DNA of 64,000 bases from Rhina ancylostomus (Eukaryota): positions 37,866,078 through 37,930,077 of the forward strand of contig JARFYF010000119.1 in NCBI GenBank assembly GCA_030265395.1. Reading direction: 5' to 3'. Below are positions 37,158 to 51,455 of the stretch, in pieces. Under the pieces are notes generated by a model. It was not told where the DNA came from and searched no databases. It saw only the letters and a list, made by a program, of their open reading frames with translations. Each line of letters opens with the position of its first letter. The stretch's first letter is position 1. The position numbers and the translations under genes are program-made.

Positions 37158-38407
37158 AATACATTTTAAAAGATGGGTTCTATTGTCATCATTGATATTA
37201 TATAAATAACATACCACAACAGCATTTTTCAAATAAATGAAAAATACTAGAACCATTCTTAAATCTTGCCATGGCCGCAGATTCAAGATGCTAAATGCTC
37301 AAAAAAATTATTAGCCATTTCTTACCTAAACACAATTACATATTATTTCCTGATTTCCTTCCATTTGTGATTACAGGAGGATGCAGCAGGACAAGTGGAG
37401 ATCAATGGAAATGGGTAAACTGAAATTATTTCAGATAATTTCAAGAAATAGAATTTGCATTTTAGGACTATTTGTTTACTCATCCACAGATGTCAATTCA
37501 TGGAAACGTGGAAAATATGATGATTTCTTTAAGATTATTTCAATACATGCTATGTGCTGTTAATATGAAGTATGACAGACACGAATGCAGAAACAATAAC
37601 AAGTGCTCAAAATTTGTACACTAAAATAAAATGGTATTTAGGTAGCCACATTCACCCATTACTGACCCAGTTTCCTTACCATAACATAAATTACTCCAAT
37701 TTAACAATGTAATAATATAAAATATTGGACTAGAAATCTGTCCCCTCATTTCCGAAACAACAGTTAACATTGGGTTAACATTTCTGGGTGTCTTAATGCC
37801 CACTGGGAAAATTGTTTCCAATTATGTTAGGATTTTACTTCTCCCTAGCATTTCATCTTTCCTAGTGTAAAACTTCCCTGCAGACTGTCAGCAATAATGC
37901 AATACTCAAAATGTTCAACCTCATTTCCTGAGAAACTTATTTACTCATGGAAAACCAGGTTTTATTAAGCCTATTTCCCCTGACACTGCTGCTTTTCCCA
38001 TGGAGGTCAGGGTCACAGTCATGGTCACTCTCTGCTGCCCAANNNNNNNNNNTGACTTCTTCCACATCTGACAATTTTCTGCTCACATCTGGATTTGGGA
38101 GGTCACCCAAACTCCATACTCATTTACTTCTCCTTTTGCCCACAGGAGCAGGCAGAAGGTCCATAGACATTTGCTGCATTGCAGGCTACCCCACAGTGTA
38201 GGCTTTCAGAGACTGCACTCATGTCTTCACAGAGATCTCCCTGCAATGTCCTGTCAGAAGTATATGTCTTTGGCCCTGGAGGGTCTCCATGGACCCCATG
38301 CACAAAGAACATACCTCCTTTAGACACTGTTCAGGCCAGTTAGTTTTCTTTGACCCCACTCCAAGCAGTTTTATATACTCCTCCAAGAACTGCAACGTCC
38401 ATTTATT

Positions 38408-38727
38408 CATAGAATTGTGCAGCATGAAAGCAGGCCCTTCAGCCTATGAATTCTGCACTGACCATCAAGCAACTATCTACACTAATCCCAATAAAAAAAA
38501 ATCTCCCCCACATTCCTATCAATTCCCTCAGATTATACCGCTCTCCTACACATTAGGGCAAATTTACAGTGTGCAATTAATCCATCAGCCCATGTCTTTG
38601 GGATTTGTGAGGAAAGTTGCATAGGCAGAGAGAATGTGCAAATCCCATACACACAGGGCTGGAGGTCAGAATGGAAGCTGGGTCATTGGAGTTCTTAGGC
38701 AGCAACTCTACGAGGTGTGCCACTATG
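38408..38727 (-). mobile_element. HE1/V-SINE-like SINE
   Basis: Homologous along its length to 2986-3305 (gggcaaatttacag...caattaa...tctttggga...ggaggtcagaat...gccact). Confidence 0.75.
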
Positions 38728-41553
38728 AGACAGCTACTCAGCTGTGGCTACAATAAAGTTGTTTGCACATCTCTTTAACAGCTTCCTCAAAAGACTGTAT
38801 CTCCAGTATTACGCTTTAACAACTGTGAGAACTTGCAATACATCAATAAAAAACCCTGGGGGAGTGGGAAATGACCATATAGTTTCAGCTTTATACAGAG
38901 AAACTCAAGAATGCTTTTCTGTTGGCCTGTCTTTCGACATTCTCCTGTTTTATCCAACTTTCAGAACCAGGGTCCCATGACACCTTGTTTTAATGACAAA
39001 AAAAATGGCATGGAGCAATTTCTAAGATGTTTTCTTTTAAGAAATTATATGTTTTCATTCTTCATCTGTTAATATTGATAGCTAAACCTGCTATTAGAAA
39101 CCTGCTAGAGCTTGTCCTGAGCTATCCTTAATGACTTACCATGGACCACTGTGGTCTCAAATCTGCTTGGTTCTTCCTCTCAGTAAAATATGTCCCTCTA
39201 AAATGGGATTACTAATGGACTGGCTTCTCTTGTTAGTGTTAACAAATTGCTCAAACCAATGTTAGAATTATTGGAATAATCAATATAAAGATCTCACATC
39301 CAAATAGCAAAACACATGTTGAAGTTTGTGGCCTTTACAGGATTTTACATCGTATGTACTCAAGCATGGATTTATTGGCATTCTTAATCATTTTTTTCTT
39401 GAACATATATCGGTAACATTTTGCTACATATACTTTGGCAGATGAAACACTGCTGTACAGCAAGACCATTCAAATGCGCCAAGTACTACAAGGATTTCTG
39501 ATCCTGCTCAGCTTGGCCTTATTGATTTGTTCCTGTCACATCAGGGGGTGTTTCCCTTTGCTTCGTTTAATGGTTGGCCAGTTTAAACAGTGAAATAACA
39601 AATGATTAATTTCTCTTGCCGATCTTTTTCAGCTACAGAAATAGACGGCAAAGGATGAAATAATTTCAGCAAACAATGCAGACATTCACATCCCATCTGT
39701 GAAGGTGACTTATACTACATGCAGAACAACCCATTTTGATTAATCACAAGATATTTACTGGCTCAAATCTAATCAAAGATCATGGGATCATAGGGTTTTA
39801 CTACTATACATTGCACAGAAATTTATGCAGCCACATTAACCCAGTGGTTTCTGAGTTTCTTTCATATAAAGAAATTACCCCTATTTTATTTTAAATAGTA
39901 TTATTAATAATTTAGCATATTGAGTTTTCTCCCCTACTTATTTTTTCTGTTTTACTGTGTTATATTCCATTCCCCAGCCGTGAATAAAGGCATCTGATCT
40001 GATGCAAGAACTCTGTTGGTGCCTGCCTTGAGTCAAAAAATAGCAGTTCATGCTGAGTATTCACAGAGTTAATTCTGGGTAAAATGGAAATGAAGCAAGG
40101 TCTAATCCTAGATTATAAATCAAATCATCAAATCTTGACCTATGACAACTTACACCATGTCCTCAATTATCCCTTCAAAGCTGATAAAGGATCATGAAAA
40201 CTCACCTATTATTTAGAAAATTAAGTGCCCGTGGTAGTCTGCTTTCACTTCATGAACAGACCATTACATTGAATAGGTAACATTGTGACAAATATTTAGA
40301 TAGGCTTTTTGTCATATTCTAATTTAATGCACCTAATTGTACCCTCCACGCTCTGTCATTCGGTCAAAATCTGTATTCTTCACTGTGTTTCCGCGGGGTA
40401 AAAAAGACGCAACTCAAAAATCCAGGGCAAAATTAACTTAATGCTCCAGGTCCATGAACTCACATCAGAGAGACGTTTCGCTATCATGGAGACGCGAGGG
40501 TCATCGTTTACTTCAGACACGTTTAGATCAGCAGCGATAGGCTTAACACTATTAAACACCATGTCAAAGAATGTGTGTAGCAAAGGAGAAAATCTAACGC
40601 TAATTCAACTTACGATGCTCACTTAACAAAGAAATAGGGCTCAATTTTCAGCCTTTTACAAACAAGAGATCATTCTGATGCCATTAAGTGTCAAGAAATA
40701 CAAAGCGACATGCAGGCAGCCTCATGAGAACGTTTCAGTATATCCCAAAGAAAATGCCACTTCTCATGTAGATTACTTCCTACTCAGAAATGTGTCCTCT
40801 AAATATAAATGAATTGCTTATTAAAAATATGCATTTTCATTCTCTTTTTCATATAGTTATCTCCTACTTTAATGTCATATTGAAGCAATCTACAAAAAAA
40901 TTGTTTTGAGATATCTGATTTTCTGCCAAAGTGAGAAAACATTAATCCAAATCTGTCTGGAAAAATTCTGCAACTGTTCACCCCATTGTAACCTCTGTTC
41001 TGTGTACCGAACCTCATCTTTCCCTATTCTGTAAGTATGTCCATCCAGGAGCATTTTGTGATTAGTATCTCGTACTGAGACCACCTTCACAGCACAACAC
41101 TTTCCCTGGGATCATACAGAAATGTCACTCCACGGAGACACTAATGATTCAGATGTGCACTGTTCGGAATTTCCACAGAAAAATTGCAGAGGATTCAAAG
41201 AGCTTGAGAGCTGATCATTTAGTTCATGGTTTCCTGCCTCTTATTTCTACTGCTTTGTATTACTTAGTTACATATATATTAGAGTTTGCAATATTTCAGG
41301 GCATCACTTTAATTAACCCACTGTTCCAAAACGTGTTCCAAATCTCAGCCATACAGAAGAAGCCTCCCACAATCAAGGAAGAACACCATGTGGGGACATA
41401 AAGAGGATTCAGCTGCAATTCATTTTGGTTCTTCAGACCAAGGCAAGGCAGATNNNNNNNNNNNNNNNNNNNNNNNNNNNNNNNNNNNNNNNNNNNNNNN
41501 NNNNNNNNNNNNNNNNNNNNNNNNNNNNNNNNNNNNNNNNNNNNNNNNNNNNN

Positions 41554-41563
41554 GTGGGTGTGT

Positions 41564-41608
<45 letters not shown>
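41554..41608. repeat. (GT)n microsatellite next to an N gap
   Basis: Direct reading. Confidence 0.95.
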
Positions 41609-41611
<3 letters not shown>

Positions 41612-43941
41612 TCTTACAGCAATTTTGTGATGACTACAGTAGGAGACCACAAGAGCCAACTCCTGTCACACTCTTCAGAGTGATTCTACAGGGTCACTTC
41701 ACACCCGTACCAACCAACTACCCTCTGCTCTACTCTGCCACCCAGTCCATAGGTCCTTCCTCCTGAAATTTACCTGATGAAAATGCTCCCCTCTCCCCCT
41801 CATCCCCCCCCCTCCACAAAGATAACTGAAGTTGGTGCCATTCTGCTACTTTGATTCTGGTAGGTCAATCAAAGGTCAAGCAGATAAACTCCTTACTGCG
41901 AAGGACAAAAATATTTTGCAAAGAACTTTAGAAAAATTCAGCCCTTTAAAGGTTAAAGTTGAAGTCTGTCAGTGCATTAATTAATTGTTATTAATGTGAT
42001 TAATTGATAGTAATTAGGGTATAAGATGTTTGTGTGAAATTCATGTATTTTATTTTAATTAATTTTGGCTAGATATTGAATATTGGACAGCAGATCTAAA
42101 TGCCCAAATAGTGGCAGCTGCTCAGTAACAGTACTAGTGCCTTATACTCAGTGGAAGTGTATTTTGGTAAAGTACAATACACAGCCATTTTTTTCCCCAG
42201 CATTTATCACTACTAAGGATGAATTTCAAGGTGCACTTTTTAAAATGTATTTAGAGCAGAACCTGATCTCTCCACCAACTATTGCTGGCTTGCTTCGCCA
42301 GATCAGTAACAAAATTGGAACTGTGCAATACAATTAGGAAATATTAAATTGACAAGAAAAAGCTTCTTGTCAATTTAAATTAAAATTATCTTGGTGCTCA
42401 AATATGAACATTTCTTTTCAAGATCAACAATGTTGGTCATTTTATTAAGCCCAATAGTCACCTGACCTATTAAAGTAGAAAACTTTTTAACGTTCTTAAC
42501 AGACAAGAATAGCAGGGAGAACATTTTAAGCCACACCATCTGATAAGAACAGCAAAGACTCATTGCTACAGAGCAGTGCAGTAAAAACATTTAATTACCA
42601 CTCACCGCAACCAAAAGTAGGCCCTTTGCATTAAAGTGTACATCAAATCGGGATCCTGCCACAAGCATCAAACTTAGTAAAATTGGTCAAGGAAGAAGAA
42701 AAGACTTTGTAAGTGAAGTTAACTCACAGGAGCCACAAGAAAGANNNNNNNNNNCTCTGGGGTCTATGAAAGTCTATCAGCTGCTCTTCCTGTCACTTCC
42801 GGGCAGGGGAGGTATAATTGAGGCCTAGCTCTTGAAATTAACATCTTGGAGACTCCTGGGAAGGAAGACCATCAGTACCCAACTCTCCCCACCATACCCC
42901 ATCACTTATCAACTTTTTGCCCAGGCAAAGGAAACTACCCTTTAGGCACACCATAGCAAAACAAATTAAATACTGGAAATGTATGCTCATAAGCAAGATG
43001 ATAGATAACAATGCTCTACCAGTCCTCACCTCTTGTACCCATCCAAAGAATGTAATTAGTTTTGTATTCAATAACATCCAAAGGAAGACAATGTATTAAG
43101 TCACAATGAACTTACACTAAACTATCTTTTTGCATCACCAAGAAATGCATATGAAACAAGTATGACCTGTGTGACTGAAAAATCAAAGACATTCTGAAGA
43201 CCAAGTCATTGAGGATAGCGATAGTGAACTAATGCTTAATGAGTCTGGGAGTCTTCGATGTAGTCAAAAGCAATGGCTAGTTTAAAATGAATGTGTTAAT
43301 GTCTTTGTTGATATTGGCATGCAGAGGAGTATTGTAGAAATAGATTAAGCTTCTTTCCACCAAAATTAACAATATTTTCTACGTATATTCTCTTTTTCAA
43401 CAAATGCTTTCTTTGATCTTTGCTTTCACTGCAGTGGAATATTTTTTCTAATTAAAGCTTTATTTGATGGGCTTCTGCACTTTGTTGTTTCAACACAAAG
43501 CACCTTTTAAGATCCTTCTAATGTTATAGATAAGCAAATTACTAGCTCATCTCCCGGCCTGAGTACATGAGGTGTGAAATGATGGACAAGTCTGCATATC
43601 ATCTAGTTTTAGGGGAGAGGTTGTTGAGACAGAATGAGCTTTCAGTTCCTTTGAAAGATTCACCGACAATCATGGACTGAAGAATATTTCTTTTCTTTGG
43701 GCTTCATTCAGGTCTGTGAACAAACATCTCCCATTCTTCCTCCTTCCACTAAAGTGCAGGTGGAGAAGGAACCCAGCAGCAGTGGGATATGGACTTCATC
43801 TTTTTCACCAGTTAGGTGCATCCCTTCTCCAATTCTTACTTCTGCACAAATTTCAAGGCTACCTGAGGCTTGAATACATTGGTAATAGGGAAGCTTCTTT
43901 CACCTCACATTAAAAAAAAGAGACATTGGAGACTCACAAAA

Positions 43942-44155
43942 GGTGCTGGAGGAACTCAGCGGGTCAAGCAGCATCTATGGAGGGAAATGGACAGTCGACA
44001 TTTTGGGTTAAGACCCTTCATCGGTCCAGATGAAGGGTCTTGACACGAAATGTACACTGCCCATTTCCCTCCATAGATGCTGCCTGACCCGCTGAGTTCA
44101 TCCAGCACCATTGGTGTTGCTTCAGATTCCCACATCTGTGGTCTCTTGTGTGTCC
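43942..44155. mobile_element. Palindromic Penelope-terminus element with two hammerhead-like motifs
   Basis: Arms 43942-44022 and 44029-44109 (81 bp, 8 mismatches by manual count) around a 6-nt spacer ggtcca. The right side continues into the family terminus (agattcccacatctgtggtctcttgtgt). Confidence 0.9.
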
Positions 44156-45006
44156 GTCTATCGTACATTGAGACTGTAACATTTTAGACTGGAGCAGGAT
44201 GAAAAACTTTAATTTTGCCAATTCGAAGGTCTAGCCCACTGGCCAAGTGAACCCTGTGAACTGCTTTCAACTGTTCCCAATGGGACCACTTGAGACTTCC
44301 TGGACCTAGGCGAAAGGAAAAAAAAGGGGTTTCATGTAAATCTTTGATCAATCGTGCAGCAGCATTTTACCTAAGCAGGAATAGCTTGTTTTGCTGCTGT
44401 CAGGAACTCAAATTCAGCTCTTTAAAGTTTCAGAAAAAGGGAGAGACTGAGAAAATGGCACAGGAAAGGAGAAGGCTTGCATTTCATTTGAAAGTGGTGT
44501 CACTTGAATTTTTCTGAGATGGAAGGTTCTAATCTGGGACTGACGTATGGATCTTCCACTTCTCATTTTGGAAATCTGCATTTCTCTGCAACCAGACATC
44601 AACTACTCACTTGCTTCAGTAGTTTCCTGGTTCCCAGCTCTGAAAATTTGGACAATTATGTTCCAAGATGTAAAGCACAACTCAGAATCTGAATCACCAC
44701 TGCAATTCGAGGAATTATTGGGGGAACATTCAACTACAGTGAATACAAAATGACTATATCAAACCGTAAGTTATATCCCTCTCCTAAATTTATTTTTCTT
44801 TGAATTTAACAAAAATTAGATACAGATGTGATTAAAGTGCAATTTTGAGTCAGATTTAAAGATCAATAAAATCAGAGCATGCTTAAATTTAGATGTGCCA
44901 GGAGAATCAACAGAATATGACAGTTTGATAATATTAAATATCTCTTAAGAGTGATGACTGAAGATTGAAATGAAGATCGACAATAAAGCAAAATATTTAC
45001 TTATAA

Positions 45007-45182
45007 CATAGGAGGCCATTCAGCCCTTTGCGTCTATGGTAGTTCTCAAAGCATTCTTATCAGTCCCATTCCCAAACTCATTTCCTGTCATCTATTCTCC
45101 CTCACATGCTCATCAACTCCTCCCTGATTCTCCTGCCATTGCCTGCACTAGGGGTAATTTACAGTAGCTAATTAACCACCAA
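45007..45182 (-). mobile_element. Partial HE1-like SINE (3' half)
   Basis: ggccattcagccc...cactaggggtaatttacagtagctaattaacc, homologous to 2986-3150. Confidence 0.6.
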
Positions 45183-46624
45183 ACATACCATAAGTCAATG
45201 CAAGGATCCAAGGCTGACTTATAAATTCAAAAGACACCTTTATACAGTCAGTCATTTATTATAAAATCCATGAAACTCAAATTTGGTACCACATTAACAT
45301 TAAATCTGGCACCTAATCTAGCAAAAGAATCATACACTTATAAAAACTTCTGTCAGGATAATGTAGCCAGGGTTTAATAATGTGAACATCTGAAGATGAA
45401 TCACTAATTGTACTATGTTAAATTCCAACTTATAAAGAGTTAAATAGTAGCTGAAATAGTAATCTGTTTTCCCATATCAAGGGCAAATAACTTGGTCAGA
45501 AAGGTGATGGAGAAATAACCTTTTGTTTAAGAAATCCTCAGTAAAATTTATTTCTTGGATGATAAATGGCACTATAAGGTACCAGGGTATCCACCCCCTC
45601 CTTTTCATCTCCCACTTCAGACAAGGCAATAGCACCTTCCACCAATAAATCAGCTGTGATTTGAGTTGTGGATGAATTATTTGTGCAAATATGAAGGTAT
45701 GATTTATGAGCAGATGGCTCTGTATCATCTGAGGAGAGTTTGTTCTCCGATGCATTTTGGACTGAGTTAGCTTGCTTACCAAATTGCAAAGAATGGAGCT
45801 TTACAAGGGTAATGTGTTACTTAATATGGTATTGCAATCACATTGAATTAGCCTAAATTACAACTAATTTTATAAAGCAAATAACACAAGTGTTATATAA
45901 AGCAAAATTTTGATATGCCAACACTGCAAAGCATTGTAATTTGATATCTTGATGCATAACACCTTTTATTACCAGCAATCTCCTACATACAAGAACAGCC
46001 AAATTTGAAAGTGAAACTTTGGAACAATTTGGGAGTTGAGCTAATGGCAATGTCAGAAATGGTAATGGACAGTGGGCAAGATTTATAGCGGCAAAGAGGT
46101 TGTCAAGGTGTCTTCAGCTGGGGAGCAGTCAAGATGTACTGGAGAAAAGCAGGTAGAGAAATCTCAAGTTATCAAAAAAGAACATGCTACTACCTTGGTA
46201 TTTCTTCATATTAGCTGCTGAGGAATTAGTTAAATTGAACAATTAAATGGAGTGATTTGATAAGTCTCTGTTCCTCACCGGTTCCCCTGTACTATTTGCC
46301 AATTAAGACAAATACTTTAGACTTCTTTACAATTTGATCTAATAACTAAATAGTATCTTAAAAGAGAAACTCATATGTCTGGCAGAAACCTTGACCTGTA
46401 CGAATGGTAGGGCATCATGTGACATCTTTAAGCACAAATTTCAGCTGTGAAACCTTTGAAATACTTGTGCCCAAAGTTATTATGCTGGTGGCAAATGTTT
46501 AAAATCTCTGCAGAAATCCCATTAAAATAGAATGTCTTTGATTTTCCAGTCTGGGTTTTGCTGAACGCAACCCATCGCACACACTATTGGCTGAACAACA
46601 CTGATCTCACAGAATTATGTCATC

Positions 46625-46948
46625 ATTGGAGAATTCAGTGTTCATGCCACTGAGTTGTAAATTACCCAGGTGGAATACAAGGTGATATTCCTCTAGTTTG
46701 CATGTGACATCATCCTGGCAGTGGAGGAGGCAGAGGACAGACAGGTTGGTATAGAAATCAAGAGGGGAATTAAAATGTTGCGACCGGGAGCTCCAGATAG
46801 CCTTGGCAGACAGAGCAGGTCCAGATGAAGGGTCTTGACCCAAAACATCTACTGTCCATTTCCCATTATACATGCTGTCTGACCCACTGAGTTCCTCCAG
46901 CAGTTGTTTTTTTGCTCCAGATTCTAGCATCTGAAGTGTCTTGTGCCT
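46625..46948. mobile_element. Penelope C-terminal fragment (-) joined to a terminal repeat (+)
   Basis: Minus frame HFNSP...NLSVLCLLHCQ...KLEEYHLVFHLGNLQLSGMNTEFSN, then + strand ccagatgaagggtcttgacccaaaac...ctgacccactgagttcctccagca. Confidence 0.8.
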
Positions 46949-49900
46949 TTGAATTGGTGGACTGCTTGTAAAGAAACAGCAAAAACACTATATTAATGAC
47001 TTTATGGCACTAGGAAATGCTATACTGTCGTGGATTTCATCAGAAATGAACTGAGCCTATTTGCACAATCCACTGTTTTTACTTTGTAACATGCAGTAGA
47101 AATTTTAATCTAATGATATTCTGAAAGGTTTACTGACTTCAAGTCTGTTGTCAAGTTTTCACTAACAGGAGTAATTTAAATTTAATATGGGAGAGAGAAC
47201 AGAGAGACATTGATGGGCGAGGAATTTAGTGTAGATACTGCTGTCACCTGTCAAGTCTGTTTTTATTGCAGAATAAAAGATTGTCACTTCATATGTTTTT
47301 GATGTAACGATTAATACATAACCCAAAAATGTCATAATTAACAAATGCACACCAAAATAAAATAAAAATAAACTACATATTGCAGTGTGCAGTATTTGAA
47401 AATATAGTTTGACACAATATTTATATGGGTTATATTGGCTTTAGAAAAGTAAACTGAAATAAGGCAGCATTTCTAGCCAAATTAGCAATTAATTAGATTG
47501 CATAATGATAAGAAGGAAAAAGTTAATCAAAAATTAATAGCTATGTTTATGTACTTCAATGGAAGGAATCAATGCTTTACATTGCTGACAATCACACAGT
47601 AAAAACCTACAGTGAAAAAGACATTCCACAGCAGAGCAAATTCACAACAATCACTTCCAATTTTAGACCAAGTTTTCCATATCTTTTCTTTGCAGTTTAC
47701 CCATATATATTAATAACAATTTTTTTGATCTAAGGTGTGAAAAGCCTTGAGGCTTCTTCTGGATGTAATCACCTGAATTTCTCATCTTTTCACAACTTCA
47801 CCCTTAATCACTAGTGCATGTTATATGTATTCTGGAGATTATTGTAAAGTCTAATACCAATACATTCAACTCATTTTCCAAAAGTTATATACATTCAACA
47901 TGGCTCATCTATTTTAGAATAGTTTATCTATTACATTTAAAAATTACAGCAGAATTTACTTTTAAAGAATAAGCCACAGAATAGATCTTTATTTCTCTGG
48001 GAGGTTTGCTCACAAAGCTAAGTACAGATCAAAGTTAGGAGCAAATTAATAAAACCACTTGTCAATTGATTTGTGAATTACATACAATGGCAGCAGTTAT
48101 CCATGGGCCTGTTTACAACAATATTGAACCTCTGATAGATAATATTCTCCAAAGATGACCTTGTCTTAAAATGACAATCAAACTCATTGGTACACCTTGT
48201 GGCATTTCAATCATGCAACTCCTTATTAGCATGGTAATGGTGCAGGTAGGTAGAATACTTGAGAGATTAGGAGAAAGCCATTATAAAACCAAGAATGATT
48301 GAAAACTGGAGCAGCCATAGTACTGGGGCATGGCTTGCAGTGCAGGATAAATAGTTGTAAAGTTGGAAGCGTTTCAATATGCTGTCTGTGTTCAATAAGG
48401 CAGACCTTATTCAGAGGACCTGGCATTAGAAAGAGGCCGATAAAAAAAAATCATTGTGCAGACACTCTTAGAATGCTGGAAACAGTAGAGAAGGATCTTT
48501 CATTTCATGTGGTGAAAGGTGGCAGTGACATCAAGTGTCACCGCTCTCATTCCCAAGGTGACTAGAAACAAAGTCACTTTGATGAAGACAGACAAACAAA
48601 TGTGCCACCAACTAATGTTGTTTTTCTCTCTTCAATACCATAGTTACAAAAAGATTGTTCACAATCCAAAGTTGACAACTAATCCTTTAACAGTGCAAAG
48701 ATACCCAATGAAATAGAATGCTGGAGTCTGTCTGAAAAAGTTCAAGAACAGGTTGTAAGCGGGATGGTCTACTCTTAATCCCCATGGCCTCATCACAGCA
48801 TTTTTGGACTTTGCTGTGAGTTTATGGCTGTTGAGCTCATCAAGTAGTCTGAAATTCTCAATCTCAAATGTGCATAAAATTCCTTCCCTGCTAGCAGGCT
48901 CAGCTCCTGCCAGATGTGGCTGAGTCTGCTGTTGGAGCTGTAAGGCGCAGGATGGCACAAGCATGTTAATAATGGGAAATCCAATTGATTCTGAGCCAGG
49001 ACATGAGCACTGCTGTACAGGAGTGCTCCAGGTCGAGGGTGAAGGAGAATGAAAACCAGCCCTGAATGTTTTCCAGACTTTCATACCTCAGTTTTCTTGA
49101 TGATACATGGACATGCACTTTCCAACAGCAGTCATTGGGTAGCCATCAGGAGTATACCCAACCAAGTATTTCCTTTCCCTGGCCTGAGATCAGGAGGACA
49201 ATGGCCTGTCCACTGCTGACCCCATCAGCAAGATCAGTGAATCAAACCATAGGCTGTATTCCGAGAGCCAAGAACTGATAAGTCTTCCCACTGAGCTCTG
49301 GGGAAGTCTGGTTTCATTTTAAATGCTGATTTGGTGGCATAATTTAAATTCATAAGTAACAGAAATGGCATTATCAAACAGCAACAAAAACGTTATCTAA
49401 TGTAGCCAATTATGATTTAGGAAAGACCAATAACATTTGTTTCCTTTGCACTTTCTCACTCGTTCTCATTCAGTGGAGCCAGTAAACTAGTCCTGATGCA
49501 ATTGCAATCACACATAGATGGGGAAGGATTTTCTGCATCAATAGGTAACCTTCATGTAATACAATGCTACAATTAGATTGAGTGGAGCTGATTGGATAAT
49601 TTTCATGCCAATCAAGCTTGGAAGCAATTGATATTCATTTTATGCACAATTTATATGTAACTACCCAACATTCACTGGATTTTTCTGAAGAATTCACTCT
49701 GTTAATTGGGACAATTGGCTATAATTTTGGTTTCATCTGTTCTTTAAATAGTTGCTTTTTGAGTAATTGACTGTTTGCTGAACAATAGATTGATCTCTTT
49801 GAGTTATTCACCTGTCCCCACCCTTACCTCATCGACTCGATAATTACTCAATTCCTAGAGAGTAGCAATCTGCTCACAGATGGCATCTCTCTATCCTCTC

Positions 49901-51234
49901 ATGACAGCAACCTGATCCTGGGTTACAATCAGTAACACTTTAATGGATCATTCGGAGACTATGCACTGACGTGAACATTTTGAATGACCTCAGTCTGTGC
50001 CATCAAGAAAGCTGAAACCAGAACCACGACCCATTGTAAAATCGAATTGTTGCCCGGTGCAGTACAAAAGAACATGCCAGTTCCAGAGCTGATGCGATGC
50101 TCTTTTGACTTTACACTTTTTCCTGCAAAATTTTGGGGATGGATCCTTCCAGTTTCCTTGCCACCTTGTGCATTTCATCAAGCAATGGACGATATGTCAA
50201 CCACCTTCGTATACGTTTGTGCCAACCTTCACATGAGTGGTTTCTTTTGTGCTCCTTCTGGGCAGGATCTGCACTCACATTACCAGTATCTGAGCTAGTG
50301 CTTGCACAAATACATGCGGACAGAATAGTCAATTCAATAAGAGATGGGAAATGATTGAAGATACCCAAGATAGCCATTTACCACAAAGATTGAAAGCTTC
50401 CTCCATTTTGGTCTTGACATGGCTCTGGGTTATCTGATCTAACGAGGCTCTGAGTCAGAGAAAATCCCCCTCCTATCTGATGAGCAAGCCTGTGATTCCC
50501 CACAACCTTTCTCCCAAAGATAAAGGAGAAGTATTTTATTAATTCATCAATGGTATTACTATTGACTTATATATGCCTGGGTGTATCTTCAATTGCAACA
50601 CTATCTTCTTCTGAGTTGCCAAGCTGACATTAAAGATAAACAATAATCCTTTAAAGGACAACCTACTAAGATATTGACAAATGTTTGCACATTTGTTTTC
50701 ATAACTTCTTAAAACCCCAAAATTTTTATCCTCACCTACTCCCAGATTCAGGTTACAAATCTGAATGAATTTTTCTCTGCCCCTATGTGTCTTTGTGCTG
50801 CAAGGTATTTGAGGGGGAGGTTCATACAATACCATCATACTTTTTGTAGCATTGCTATATATTTCTCAGGGTTTCACTGCTTGAGGAGATCTCAACCCCC
50901 TCTCCTGTTCAAGGTCTTTGATGACTTCTTGGGCCCCTGGCAAGCAAAGCTTATTGCTGTGGTGGTTTGTCAAAATGGTAAAGGTCCCTTTGAGGGCTGG
51001 AGCCCTGACTTGCCTGTTGTGCAGTTAATTGACGGTAGTAGGAGGTATTGGGATCCTCACTGCTTCCTGCTACTCCACGTGAACATGTGTCACTAAGATC
51101 GTGATCCAAAACTACTATTCTAATACACCGAGATAAATTGGATGTGCTGTGCTTTATTGCTCCAAAGCAGAGCCAATGAATACCTGGGCATCTGTACTTC
51201 AACAAACTAGTCGTCCCAAATCTGCCTGAATTAG

Positions 51235-51455
51235 GTTTCAGAACTGGAGTACTGCGTGCAGTTCTATCAGAGAAAGTGGTGGAAGCAGAATTGCTTACAT
51301 CATTTAAGGTGGTCTAGATGAGCCCTTAAATCATCTAATCATAGAAAGTGATAGGCCAAGTTCTGGCAGATGGGATTAATAAAGATGGGTGTCCAATGAT
51401 CAGTATGAATGTGGTGGACTGAATGGTCTGCTTCTATGCTGTATGATTCTTTATG
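51235..51455 (+). mobile_element. CR1 3' remnant with internal deletion
   Basis: ctggagtactgcgtgcagttct (LEYCVQF) joined to a tail gtggactgaatggtctgcttctatgctgtatgattct. Confidence 0.6.
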
